Assembly: GCA_020849295.1 (NCBI GenBank)
Contig: JADLGN010000009.1
Span: forward strand, 51,705 to 115,704
Direction of reading: 5' to 3'
DNA length: 64,000 bases
Origin: Bacteroidia bacterium
GTDB lineage: Bacteria; Bacteroidota; Bacteroidia; NS11-12g; UBA9320
In this document: positions 19,856 to 28,858 of the stretch, piece by piece
Numbering within the stretch: position 1 is the stretch's first letter
Layout of the letters: every line of letters begins with the position of its first letter
The notes under the pieces: model-generated
The model's input: the letters and a program-made list of their open reading frames with translations, nothing else
Told to the model about the DNA's origin: nothing
Database searches by the model: none
Made by a program: the position numbers and the translations under genes

Positions 19856-20881
19856 TTAATTTGATGTTTGAACAGATTTCTCTGGCTTATTAAATTTATC
19901 TCTGATTTTTGCTTCAATTTCATCAGCAAGTTCAGGATTGTCGTGCAAAAGCTGTTTTACCGCATCTCGTCCTTGTCCTAATTTTGTACCGTTGTAGCTA
20001 AACCAAGAACCGCTTTTTTGAACAATCTCCAACTCAGTGCCAATATCAATTATTTCGCCAATTTTTGATATTCCTTCGCCAAACATTATATCAAACTCTA
20101 CAGTACGAAAAGGTGGTGCTACTTTATTTTTGGCTACTTTCACTTTTACTCGGTTTCCGGTAGCATCAAGTCCATCTTTTATTTGGTTCACTCTTCTAAT
20201 GTCAAGCCTTATTGATGCATAAAATTTTAGAGCATTGCCTCCGGTAGTTGTTTCCGGATTACCAAACATTATTCCTATTTTTTCGCGTAGCTGATTTATA
20301 AATATACAAATACATCCTGTTTTGTTAATAGTTCCTGTTAGCTTTCTTAATGCCTGGCTCATCAACCTTGCTTGCAAGCCCATTTTACTATCACCCATAT
20401 CTCCTTCTATTTCTGCTTTTGGAACTAATGCTGCCACAGAGTCAATCACTATAACATCAATGGCTCCCGAACGGATAAGATTATCTGCTATTTCAAGAGC
20501 CTGTTCGCCGTCATCAGGCTGCGATATAAGCATTTCAGATGTATTTATTCCTATTTTCTCAGCATAAGTTTTGTCAAACGCATGTTCTGCATCAATAAAT
20601 GCAGCCAAACCTCCTTTTTTTTGTGCTTCGGCTATACAATGCATTGCTAGAGTAGTTTTTCCACTACTTTCAGGTCCATAAATTTCAATTACCCTACCCT
20701 TCGGAAATCCACCTACTCCAAGTGCTATATCTAAACCTATAGAACCGGTTGAAATTACTTCCATTGTTCCAATTCCCGGATCATCCATTTTCATTACTAT
20801 TCCTTTTCCGAAACTCTTCTCGAGTTTATCTATAGTAAGTTTTAATACTTTTAATTTTTCTGATTGTTCATTTTGACTCAT
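19856..20881 (-). CDS. recA: recombinase RecA
   Basis: Walker A (GPESSGKTT), L1/L2 loops and a 341-aa length with end-to-end RecA similarity. Confidence 0.97.
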   Translation of the reverse strand: MSQNEQSEKLKVLKLTIDKLEKSFGKGIVMKMDDPGIGTMEVISTGSIGLDIALGVGGFPKGRVIEIYGPESSGKTTLAMHCIAEAQKKGGLAAFIDAEHAFDKTYAEKIGINTSEMLISQPDDGEQALEIADNLIRSGAIDVIVIDSVAALVPKAEIEGDMGDSKMGLQARLMSQALRKLTGTINKTGCICIFINQLREKIGIMFGNPETTTGGNALKFYASIRLDIRRVNQIKDGLDATGNRVKVKVAKNKVAPPFRTVEFDIMFGEGISKIGEIIDIGTELEIVQKSGSWFSYNGTKLGQGRDAVKQLLHDNPELADEIEAKIRDKFNKPEKSVQTSN

Positions 20882-20888
20882 AATGTTT

Positions 20889-20896
20889 CAAAATTA
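20889..20896 (-). promoter_or_regulatory. candidate -7 element TAATTTTG (TAnnTTTG) 7 nt upstream of the recA ATG
   Basis: Reverse complement of caaaatta at 20889-20896. Position implies a very short recA leader. Confidence 0.25.
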
Positions 20897-20987
20897 ATAT
20901 ATTCTTAAAAGCTGTTTTTATAAAAATTATGTTTTATTTCCACATTTATAAAAAAATTAAAATACTCTATTATCCAATAAATTACTT

Positions 20988-22847
20988 TTGCATGGTTTGA
21001 GCACAAAATTTTCAGTACAAAATTTTCAGGTTTTTTTGTTGATTAAACGCTTTGTGGTAGCATTGGCGGTTTTGTTTACTGCAAGATTGTTTTTTTACAT
21101 TTACAATTTAAACTCTTTTAAAATTAGCAACCTATCAGAATTTGTGAATGTATTCTTTTGGGGGTCTTATTTTGATTTAATTTCGGTTTTTTATCTTTTG
21201 CTTCCTTTTATATTATTGAGTTTGCTGCCATTTAATTTTACTATTAACGCTTTTTATCAGAAAATATTAAAAGTATTTTTTATTGTAATAACTTTTTCAA
21301 TTTTAATACTTACAATTATAGATGCGGTTTATTATCCATTTTCAAAAACCCGAATTGGATTTGAAGTTTTTAAAATGGCTGCAAGTGAAGAAATAAGTAT
21401 TATTCAATATGTTTTTTCTTATTGGTATATTTTACCTTTTGCTGCTTTATTAGCTTATTTTATATTTAGAATTTATCCTGAAAACAAAAACAAAAATTTA
21501 ATAAAATGGCATGTTGAACTTCCTATAAATTTGATTTTTATTTTAGTTTTAGCTTTTACTATCAGAGGCGGGCTAAGATTGAAGCCCTTGCGAAGTATTG
21601 ATGCTTCATTGTTTGTAAAACCACAGCATACTCAACTAACTATAAGCACAGGGTTTAATATTATAGAATCTTTTCAAGCTGAAAGCATTGCCAATGTAAA
21701 CTATATAAATCAAATTCAATTTAGCAAGGTACAGAACAAAGATTATATCGCTATAAATAGTAATATAATTAAGCCAAAAAATATATTTATCATAATTCTT
21801 GAAAGTTTTGGGAAAGAGTACTGTTTCCCAAACATATCTAACACTGTTTACTATACTCCTTTTTTAAGCGAGCTTGCACTAAGGAGTGAATTTTACTCAA
21901 AAGCATACAGCAATGGCACTCGCAGTGTTGATGCTATTCCTGCTATACTCGAAGGTGTGCCTAAACTTACAAAGTCAGATTTTATGTATTCAAACTATAT
22001 AAAAAATATCACTCCCGGTTTTGCTTTTTATCTGAATAAAATAGGATATTCCTGTAATTTCTATCATGGCGGGATAAATGGTACATTGGGGTTTGAAGCA
22101 TTTCTTAAATCGAGGGGTTGGAATTATTACGGAAAAAACCAATATATCGGAAAAAAGGAAGATTATGACGGAAACTGGGGAATTTACGATGGTCCGTATC
22201 TCAATTATGTAAAAAATGAAGTAAATAAATATCAAAAACCTTTTGTAACTGTTGTATTTACTCTCAGCAGTCATCACCCTTATAAATTACCGGTTGAATA
22301 CATAGACAGTTTTAAAAAAATAAACAAACCCATCCATCGTACTGTAAAATATGTTGACAATTGTCTTAGAAATTTTTTCAAATCGATAAAAAATGAAGAA
22401 TGGTATAACAATACATTATTTATTATTACAGCCGACCACAGTGCTGAAAATTTTACAAAACAATACAACACCATTAATGGGAAATATGAAGTTCCACTTT
22501 TAGTTTATGAGCCTTTGAAAAACAAAAGTGACACCATAAATAAAATAATACAGCACATAGATATTTTACCATTAGCATTAAGTAAATCTGGCTATAACGG
22601 AAGAATTTTCACTATTGGAACTTTTTTAAAAAAAGATGCAGTAAAAATGTCTTTTCATAACGAAGACGGTATCTACACAGCTTTTACTGATTCTTTATGT
22701 ATTACTTTTGATGGGAAAAAATCAAAGTTTTTCAATTTATATAATAAGCAAAAACCAAAAGCAGAAAAAAGTAAAATTCTCGAGTATGAATTTAAATGTA
22801 TAATTCAGGATTTCAACAATCGAATTATTTCAAATAAGTTTTATTAA
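20988..22847 (+). CDS. LTA synthase family / sulfatase-like membrane phosphotransferase (alkaline phosphatase superfamily)
   Basis: Five N-terminal TM helices followed by an extracytoplasmic sulfatase-fold domain (ILESFGKEY, NGTRSVDA, SSHHPY). The true start may be the in-frame TTG at 21036 or 21039. Confidence 0.75.
   Translation: MHGLSTKFSVQNFQVFLLIKRFVVALAVLFTARLFFYIYNLNSFKISNLSEFVNVFFWGSYFDLISVFYLLLPFILLSLLPFNFTINAFYQKILKVFFIVITFSILILTIIDAVYYPFSKTRIGFEVFKMAASEEISIIQYVFSYWYILPFAALLAYFIFRIYPENKNKNLIKWHVELPINLIFILVLAFTIRGGLRLKPLRSIDASLFVKPQHTQLTISTGFNIIESFQAESIANVNYINQIQFSKVQNKDYIAINSNIIKPKNIFIIILESFGKEYCFPNISNTVYYTPFLSELALRSEFYSKAYSNGTRSVDAIPAILEGVPKLTKSDFMYSNYIKNITPGFAFYLNKIGYSCNFYHGGINGTLGFEAFLKSRGWNYYGKNQYIGKKEDYDGNWGIYDGPYLNYVKNEVNKYQKPFVTVVFTLSSHHPYKLPVEYIDSFKKINKPIHRTVKYVDNCLRNFFKSIKNEEWYNNTLFIITADHSAENFTKQYNTINGKYEVPLLVYEPLKNKSDTINKIIQHIDILPLALSKSGYNGRIFTIGTFLKKDAVKMSFHNEDGIYTAFTDSLCITFDGKKSKFFNLYNKQKPKAEKSKILEYEFKCIIQDFNNRIISNKFY
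21003..21029. repeat. tandem direct repeat acaaaattttcag x2 at the 5' end of the LTA-synthase-like gene, in the recA-divergent region
   Basis: Direct reading: cACAAAATTTTCAGtACAAAATTTTCAGg. Confidence 0.7.
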
Positions 22848-22850
22848 TTT

Positions 22851-23864
22851 TTAATTTTTAATTCTTAATAATGCTTCTTTAGCTAATGAAAAATTTGGAT
22901 TTATTTGAAGACATTGCTGATAATACTGTTTTGCTTTTACTTTATCATTTTTAGCTTCATAAGTTAATCCGAGCATATACACAGGTTTTTCAAAATTATT
23001 ATTTGCTCTTGCGGCAAGTTCAAAATGCCTTATTGCCAAATCCCATTTTTTCAATTCAAAATAAATATATCCGGCATTATAATATGCTTTAGAATTATAT
23101 GGGTTGATAGTGATTGTTTGCTGATAATCTGCCAATGCTTTAGGAAAATTATTTGTCAATTGATAATAATAACCTCTGGAATACCACGATTCATCAATTC
23201 CACTATTTGTATTTATTGCTGCATCAAGATATTTAAGAGCTTCGGGATTTAATTTAATTGAATATAAAATCCCAAGTTGAAGATATGCATTGTAGTCGCC
23301 GGCTTCTGTTTGAATTGCTCGCTTGTAATACAAAATTGCATTTGCTGTATCACCGGTTTCTTTAAGTGTTTGTGCAAAAAGAAAATATGCTTTAGGATAA
23401 CTTTCGTCTTTCTTAATAGCTTCGTTAAGATAAAGTCGTGCTTCTTTATACTTTCTTACAATCAAAAAAAAACTTCCTGCCTTAAAGTATGCTTCGGCAT
23501 TTGGGTTTTTTTCAACAGCTTTTAGATACATATCACGAGCTTTAAAAGTTTGGTTATTCCCAAAATAAGCATCTGCAAGTTTTAAATAATTACTGTTTTT
23601 TTCAGGTTTTAGTTTTATTGCATATTCCAAATCTGAGATAGCAAGTTTAAAATTTTTATCATTATTAATTAACGACAAAGCTCTTTCTGTATAAAATTCA
23701 TCATTACTTGGTTGTTCATATATTTTTTGCGACCAAGCTCTTGTTTCGGCATGAAAAGCAGTATCATGAGCCATTGTATAATTTTTGTTTTTTTTATTAC
23801 AAGAAATTATAAATTGCATGCCCAAAATAAAAACTACTAAAAAAATTAAAACTTTTATTTTCAT
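22851..23864 (-). CDS. tetratricopeptide-repeat lipoprotein
   Basis: Signal peptide/lipobox (IISC) followed by repeated TPR units (AYFKAG..., AYLQLG..., AYYNAG...). Confidence 0.8.
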   Translation of the reverse strand: MKIKVLIFLVVFILGMQFIISCNKKNKNYTMAHDTAFHAETRAWSQKIYEQPSNDEFYTERALSLINNDKNFKLAISDLEYAIKLKPEKNSNYLKLADAYFGNNQTFKARDMYLKAVEKNPNAEAYFKAGSFFLIVRKYKEARLYLNEAIKKDESYPKAYFLFAQTLKETGDTANAILYYKRAIQTEAGDYNAYLQLGILYSIKLNPEALKYLDAAINTNSGIDESWYSRGYYYQLTNNFPKALADYQQTITINPYNSKAYYNAGYIYFELKKWDLAIRHFELAARANNNFEKPVYMLGLTYEAKNDKVKAKQYYQQCLQINPNFSLAKEALLRIKN

Positions 23865-23925
23865 ATATAGTTTATAAATATGTGAGCAAATTATATTGAA
23901 AATTAATTAAAACAAACTTAAAGTT

Positions 23926-25083
23926 ATGCCATTTTATCACCGAGCAGGAATTATACCTCAAAAACGCCATACACAGTTTAGAAAATCTGACGGCAGTTTG
24001 TATGCTGAAGAGCTAATAAGTACACTTGGATTTTCAAGTATATACTCTATTGTTTATCATTGCCACCCGCCTACATTGGTTAAAGACATTGGCAAACCAA
24101 TAAATGTAGAGCCTGATTATGTAATAAGAAAACATCTTCAAAATAGATGTTATTTAACTTTTGCCAATAAAAAATCAGATGATTATTTGAAAAGCAGAGT
24201 AATACTTATGGGGAATAATGATTTAACTATAGGTACATCGCATACTAGCCACGGTACAAAAGATTACTATTTTAAAAACTCAGATGCAGATGAATTGATA
24301 TTTGTTCATGAGGGAAATGGGAAATTACAAACTATATATGGAGAAATAGAATTTGAATACGGTGATTATTTAGTAATACCAAGAGGCACTATATACAAAA
24401 TTGATTTTGAGACAAAAAACAATCGCTTATTAATAATTGAATCATTTTCGCCAATAATACCACCTAAGAGATATTGTAATGAATATGGTCAGTTTCTCGA
24501 ACATTCACCTTTTTGCGAAAGAGATATAAAATTACCTTCAAATCTAATTACTAATGATGAAAAAGGTGATTTTAAAGTTTTCATTAAAAAGCAAAACACT
24601 ATATATCCTTATACATATTCTACCCACCCGTTTGATGCAGTAGGCTGGGATGGATTTGTATATCCTTACGCATTTTCAATACACAATTATGAACCAATAA
24701 CCGGCAGAATTCACATGCCTCCGCCAATTCATCAGAATTTTGAAGGACATAATTTTGTAATTTGTTCTTTTGTACCACGTCTTTATGATTATCACCCAAT
24801 GGCAATTCCTGCTCCATATAATCACAGCAACGTAGATTCTGACGAAATTCTATATTACGTTGACGGAGATTTTATGAGTAGAAATCATGTTGAAAAAGGA
24901 ATGATAACTTTACACCCAAAAGGTATTCCGCATGGACCTCACCCAGGAGCTGCAGAAAGAAGCATTGGAGCTAAAGAAACCGGCGAACTTGCTGTAATGA
25001 TTGACCCTTTTTATCCATTAAGCATAACCAAACAAGCATTAGAAATTGAAAATCCGGATTATTGGAAAAGTTGGATTGAGTAA
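23926..25083 (+). CDS. hmgA: homogentisate 1,2-dioxygenase
   Basis: 385-aa cupin-fold protein with an N-terminus (MPFYHRAGIIPQKRHTQFR) and overall pattern matching short bacterial HmgA. Confidence 0.7.
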   Translation: MPFYHRAGIIPQKRHTQFRKSDGSLYAEELISTLGFSSIYSIVYHCHPPTLVKDIGKPINVEPDYVIRKHLQNRCYLTFANKKSDDYLKSRVILMGNNDLTIGTSHTSHGTKDYYFKNSDADELIFVHEGNGKLQTIYGEIEFEYGDYLVIPRGTIYKIDFETKNNRLLIIESFSPIIPPKRYCNEYGQFLEHSPFCERDIKLPSNLITNDEKGDFKVFIKKQNTIYPYTYSTHPFDAVGWDGFVYPYAFSIHNYEPITGRIHMPPPIHQNFEGHNFVICSFVPRLYDYHPMAIPAPYNHSNVDSDEILYYVDGDFMSRNHVEKGMITLHPKGIPHGPHPGAAERSIGAKETGELAVMIDPFYPLSITKQALEIENPDYWKSWIE

Positions 25084-25130
25084 TTTTATTTTCTAATAAT
25101 TACATATTCTAATTTTATTAATTTTGTTAA

Positions 25131-27071
25131 ATGACAAAGAGAATACTTACTACTGTTGTTTTATTTTTTTTAGTATTTCAAGGAATTTCACAAGACTCAG
25201 AATGTAGCAAATTCAAATCACGGTATATTTTGAACAAAAAATCCGAAACAGTCAATTTAGGAGAACTTGATTATGATATTCAGTATGTAAAGCTTGATTT
25301 AAAACTTACTAATAAAAATCAATATATAACTGGAAATGTTTTAACAAAAGCAAAAGTTGTATCAACGGTTACAGATAAATGGATTTTCGAACTTCATTCA
25401 AATTTTACTATTGATTCAATAAAAATGAACAGCAAAAAATTGTCTTTTATTAGAAATGGAAATTATATAACAACAACGCTTGATAAACAATATTCAAAAA
25501 ACAGTTATTTTGAAGGTACAATTTTTTACAATGGATTTTCACCGTCAGGAGGTTTTTTCAATGGGTATAGCAGTGCTTCAAGTAGTTCTTGGGGAACAAG
25601 AGCCTCATGGTCATTAAGCGAACCATTCAATGCTCATCATTGGTGGCCCAGCAAACAAGTACTGACAGACCTGATTGACAGCAGTGATGTTTGGATAACA
25701 TGCGACACTTCACAAATGGCCGGCTCAAACGGCACTTTACAACAAATAACAAAACTCGATTCTTTGCACCGTTTTGAATGGAAAAACCGCACTTCTATAG
25801 CATATTATCTTATTAGTGTAGCAGTAAGTAATTATATTGATTATTCATTTACAGTAAATATCCCAGGAATTAGTAAGCCTGTTTTAATTCAAAATTACAT
25901 TTATAACAACCCTAAAACACTCGAAAACTTTAAAACCGAAATTGATAAAACGACTGATATTATTAAGTTTTTTTCAGAAAAATACGGAATTTACCCATTT
26001 TGGAAAGACAAATACGGACATTGTATGGCTCCTTTTAGCGGCGGTATGGAACATCAAACTATGACTACTCTCGGATTATTTAACACAAATCTTACTGCAC
26101 ATGAACTTGCACACCAATGGTTTGGCGACAATGTTACATGCAAATCATGGCGTGATATTTGGATTAATGAAGGTTTTGCAAGGTACTCCGAAGTTTTATA
26201 TTCAGAAAAAACAAACCCTGGATATGCACGAAGTCAAATGGACGAATATCATAATTCTGTACTAACAGACTCAAGTGGGAGTGTATATGTAGATGATACT
26301 ACAAATGCACTTAGAATTTTTAGTTCGCGACTTACATATAACAAAGGTGCGGCAGTAATTCACACATTAAGATATGAAATAATGAACGACACAGTTTTTT
26401 TTGATATTATCAAAAAATTTCAAATTAAGTTTTCATTTAAAAACGCATCAATTGCTGATTTTAGAGATTTATTAGAAAAAGAAACCGGTAAAAACTGGCA
26501 TTATTTTTTTGACCAATGGCTGTACGGCGAAGGGTATCCTACATATAATATTCATTACCGTACTTACGATAAAGGAAATTTGATTCTTGTAAAGCAGAAA
26601 ACAAGCAAAATATCATCAATAAAACTTTTTACAGGCAATATTGATTTAAAAATAAAATTTAAATCAAAAGACTCACTTATAAGAGTGAAAATAGTAAGTG
26701 ACAGTCAGTTATTTGTTATTAAAAATACAGATTCAATAAAATCAATTCAAGTTGACCCAAACCAATGGGTACTGAATGATACAGGTTATGTAATTTTTGA
26801 TTCTACCATAAAAGCACCTGCTAATGTGGGCTTTGGAAAAATTATAAATAAAATTAATTACAAAATCTATCCAAATCCATGTGATGATTATTTTATTGTA
26901 ACTGACATTAAAAATGAAAGCAAATGGGAAATATACAGTATTAATGGTAAAAAATTTTCAAATGGAATTTGTTCAAAAGAGTGCAAAATTGATACCTCTG
27001 TACTGCCAGAAGGAATGTATTACATAAAAATTAATTCAAGCTACTATCCTTTGTGTATTATTAGGGAGTAA
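25131..27071 (+). CDS. M1-family zinc aminopeptidase with a T9SS C-terminal sorting domain
   Basis: Signal peptide, HEXXH...E gluzincin motif (HELAHQWFGD...WINEGFARY) and a C-terminal ~80-aa Por-type CTD (KIYPNPCDDYFIV...YYIKI). Confidence 0.85.
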   Translation: MTKRILTTVVLFFLVFQGISQDSECSKFKSRYILNKKSETVNLGELDYDIQYVKLDLKLTNKNQYITGNVLTKAKVVSTVTDKWIFELHSNFTIDSIKMNSKKLSFIRNGNYITTTLDKQYSKNSYFEGTIFYNGFSPSGGFFNGYSSASSSSWGTRASWSLSEPFNAHHWWPSKQVLTDLIDSSDVWITCDTSQMAGSNGTLQQITKLDSLHRFEWKNRTSIAYYLISVAVSNYIDYSFTVNIPGISKPVLIQNYIYNNPKTLENFKTEIDKTTDIIKFFSEKYGIYPFWKDKYGHCMAPFSGGMEHQTMTTLGLFNTNLTAHELAHQWFGDNVTCKSWRDIWINEGFARYSEVLYSEKTNPGYARSQMDEYHNSVLTDSSGSVYVDDTTNALRIFSSRLTYNKGAAVIHTLRYEIMNDTVFFDIIKKFQIKFSFKNASIADFRDLLEKETGKNWHYFFDQWLYGEGYPTYNIHYRTYDKGNLILVKQKTSKISSIKLFTGNIDLKIKFKSKDSLIRVKIVSDSQLFVIKNTDSIKSIQVDPNQWVLNDTGYVIFDSTIKAPANVGFGKIINKINYKIYPNPCDDYFIVTDIKNESKWEIYSINGKKFSNGICSKECKIDTSVLPEGMYYIKINSSYYPLCIIRE

Positions 27072-27123
27072 TATTGAATTGTAATAAAATAGCAAAACAC
27101 CTCCTCAAAAAATCAATTAAAAT

Positions 27124-27810
27124 TTACTTAAAAAATTTCCAATAACCGGTTTCAGGAATAGGACATTCAATTTTTATTGTTTCTTTTTTTACAGGGTGTT
27201 CAAATTCGAGAGAGCTTGCATGAAGACATATACTGCCATCTGTATTACTTCTGGGCGAACCATATTTAAGATCACCATAAATCGGACATAAAATTTTAGA
27301 AAGATGAACCCTTATTTGATGATGTCTGCCTGTATATGGCGTTACTTTAAGGAGATAGAAACTATCTGATTTTTGTAAAACCTGATAATGTGTTTTTGAC
27401 AATTTTGCTCCTTTTATTTCTTTGTTAAATGATTTTGAGATATTTTTTTGTGAATCTTTTATAAGATAGCTCTCAATAAAACCATCATCAACCGGCGGTT
27501 TGTTTTTTACAAGTGCAAAATATATTTTAATTATTTCACGAGTTTTGAATAATTCGTTCATTCTGGCAAGAGACTTACTTGATTTTGCAAAAACAACAAT
27601 TCCACTTACAGGGCGGTCTAATCTGTGTATAATACCCAAATATACATTGCCTGGTTTAGTGTCGCGTTTTTTAATATAACTTTTCAATATATCTTCAAGA
27701 GCCAACTCGCCCTCTGGGTTTGGCTGTACAAGCATTCCAGAAAGTTTGTTGAATGCAAGCAAATGATTGTCTTCAAAAATAATTCTCGCTTTAATTTCTG
27801 CTTCGTTCAT
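27124..27810 (-). CDS. RluA-family pseudouridine synthase
   Basis: Catalytic motif HRLDRPVSG. The start overlaps the murB stop by 4 nt. Confidence 0.85.
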   Translation of the reverse strand: MNEAEIKARIIFEDNHLLAFNKLSGMLVQPNPEGELALEDILKSYIKKRDTKPGNVYLGIIHRLDRPVSGIVVFAKSSKSLARMNELFKTREIIKIYFALVKNKPPVDDGFIESYLIKDSQKNISKSFNKEIKGAKLSKTHYQVLQKSDSFYLLKVTPYTGRHHQIRVHLSKILCPIYGDLKYGSPRSNTDGSICLHASSLEFEHPVKKETIKIECPIPETGYWKFFK

Positions 27811-28826
27811 AGTATATTTACTTCCGGGTTTAGTACTATGCCATATTTTTCTTTTACTTTTTCAATAATAAAATTGGCAAGTTGCAATATGTTTTTTCCT
27901 GTAGCATTTCCGTTGTTTATCAAAACAAGTGCTTGTTTGTCGTTTACTTTTGCGTTTCCAAGCTCAAATCCTTTAAGTCCTGCATTTTCAATAAGCCATG
28001 CTGCTGATATTTTTACTTTGCAATTCTCCTCTGCAAAGTGTCTTATGTCTGGAAATTTTTGAATAATTAATTTAAAATCACTTTCTGCAAGTACCGGATT
28101 TTTAAAGAAACTTCCGGCATTGCCTATAATTTCAGGGTTTGGCAGTTTATTCATTCTTATTTCTTTTACTATATTGCTCACATCCGCAATTGTCGCTTTT
28201 TTAATCCCTTTTTCTTTTATAAGTTTTGAAATATCACCATAAGCTGTATTTAACACAGGTTTTTTATTTAATCTAAAGAAAACATTTGTTATGAAATATT
28301 TATTTTTAGCTTCATTTTTAAAGATACTGTCGCGATAAGCAAATTTACATTCAGAATTATTAAAAATTACTTTTTCTCCGTTTGACAATTTAACAGCTTC
28401 AATCTTATGCAAAGTATCTTTTACTTCAACACCATAAGCACCTATATTTTGAATTGGTGCTGCACCTACTGTTCCTGGTATTAGCGATAAATTTTCTATC
28501 CCTCCCCAATCATTTTTTACACAATAATCTACAAAATCGCTCCAAATTTCTCCTGAGGCTACTTTTAAAACAATTTGGCTTGAATCTTCAAAATATACAA
28601 ATATTCCTTTAAGAGAATTTTTAAGCACCAATCCATCAAAATTTTTAGTAAAAAGAATATTGCTTCCGCCTCCAATTATCAAAAAATTTTCTTCTAGCCT
28701 GCTTTCTTTAATAACTTTTTGTAATTGAATTTCATTCTTTATCTCAACAAGTTCATTACAATAGGCTGATATTTTAAAAGTGTTGTATGGCAGAAGACTT
28801 ATCAAATTTTTGATATTTTTTTGCAA
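27807..28826 (-). CDS. murB: UDP-N-acetylenolpyruvoylglucosamine reductase MurB
   Basis: FAD-binding PCMH domain (IIGGGSNILF), 339 aa, with MurB C-terminal domain patterns. Confidence 0.88.
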   Translation of the reverse strand: MQKNIKNLISLLPYNTFKISAYCNELVEIKNEIQLQKVIKESRLEENFLIIGGGSNILFTKNFDGLVLKNSLKGIFVYFEDSSQIVLKVASGEIWSDFVDYCVKNDWGGIENLSLIPGTVGAAPIQNIGAYGVEVKDTLHKIEAVKLSNGEKVIFNNSECKFAYRDSIFKNEAKNKYFITNVFFRLNKKPVLNTAYGDISKLIKEKGIKKATIADVSNIVKEIRMNKLPNPEIIGNAGSFFKNPVLAESDFKLIIQKFPDIRHFAEENCKVKISAAWLIENAGLKGFELGNAKVNDKQALVLINNGNATGKNILQLANFIIEKVKEKYGIVLNPEVNIL

Positions 28827-28858
28827 AATTAATCAATGACATGTAGCTTTTTGTAAAT

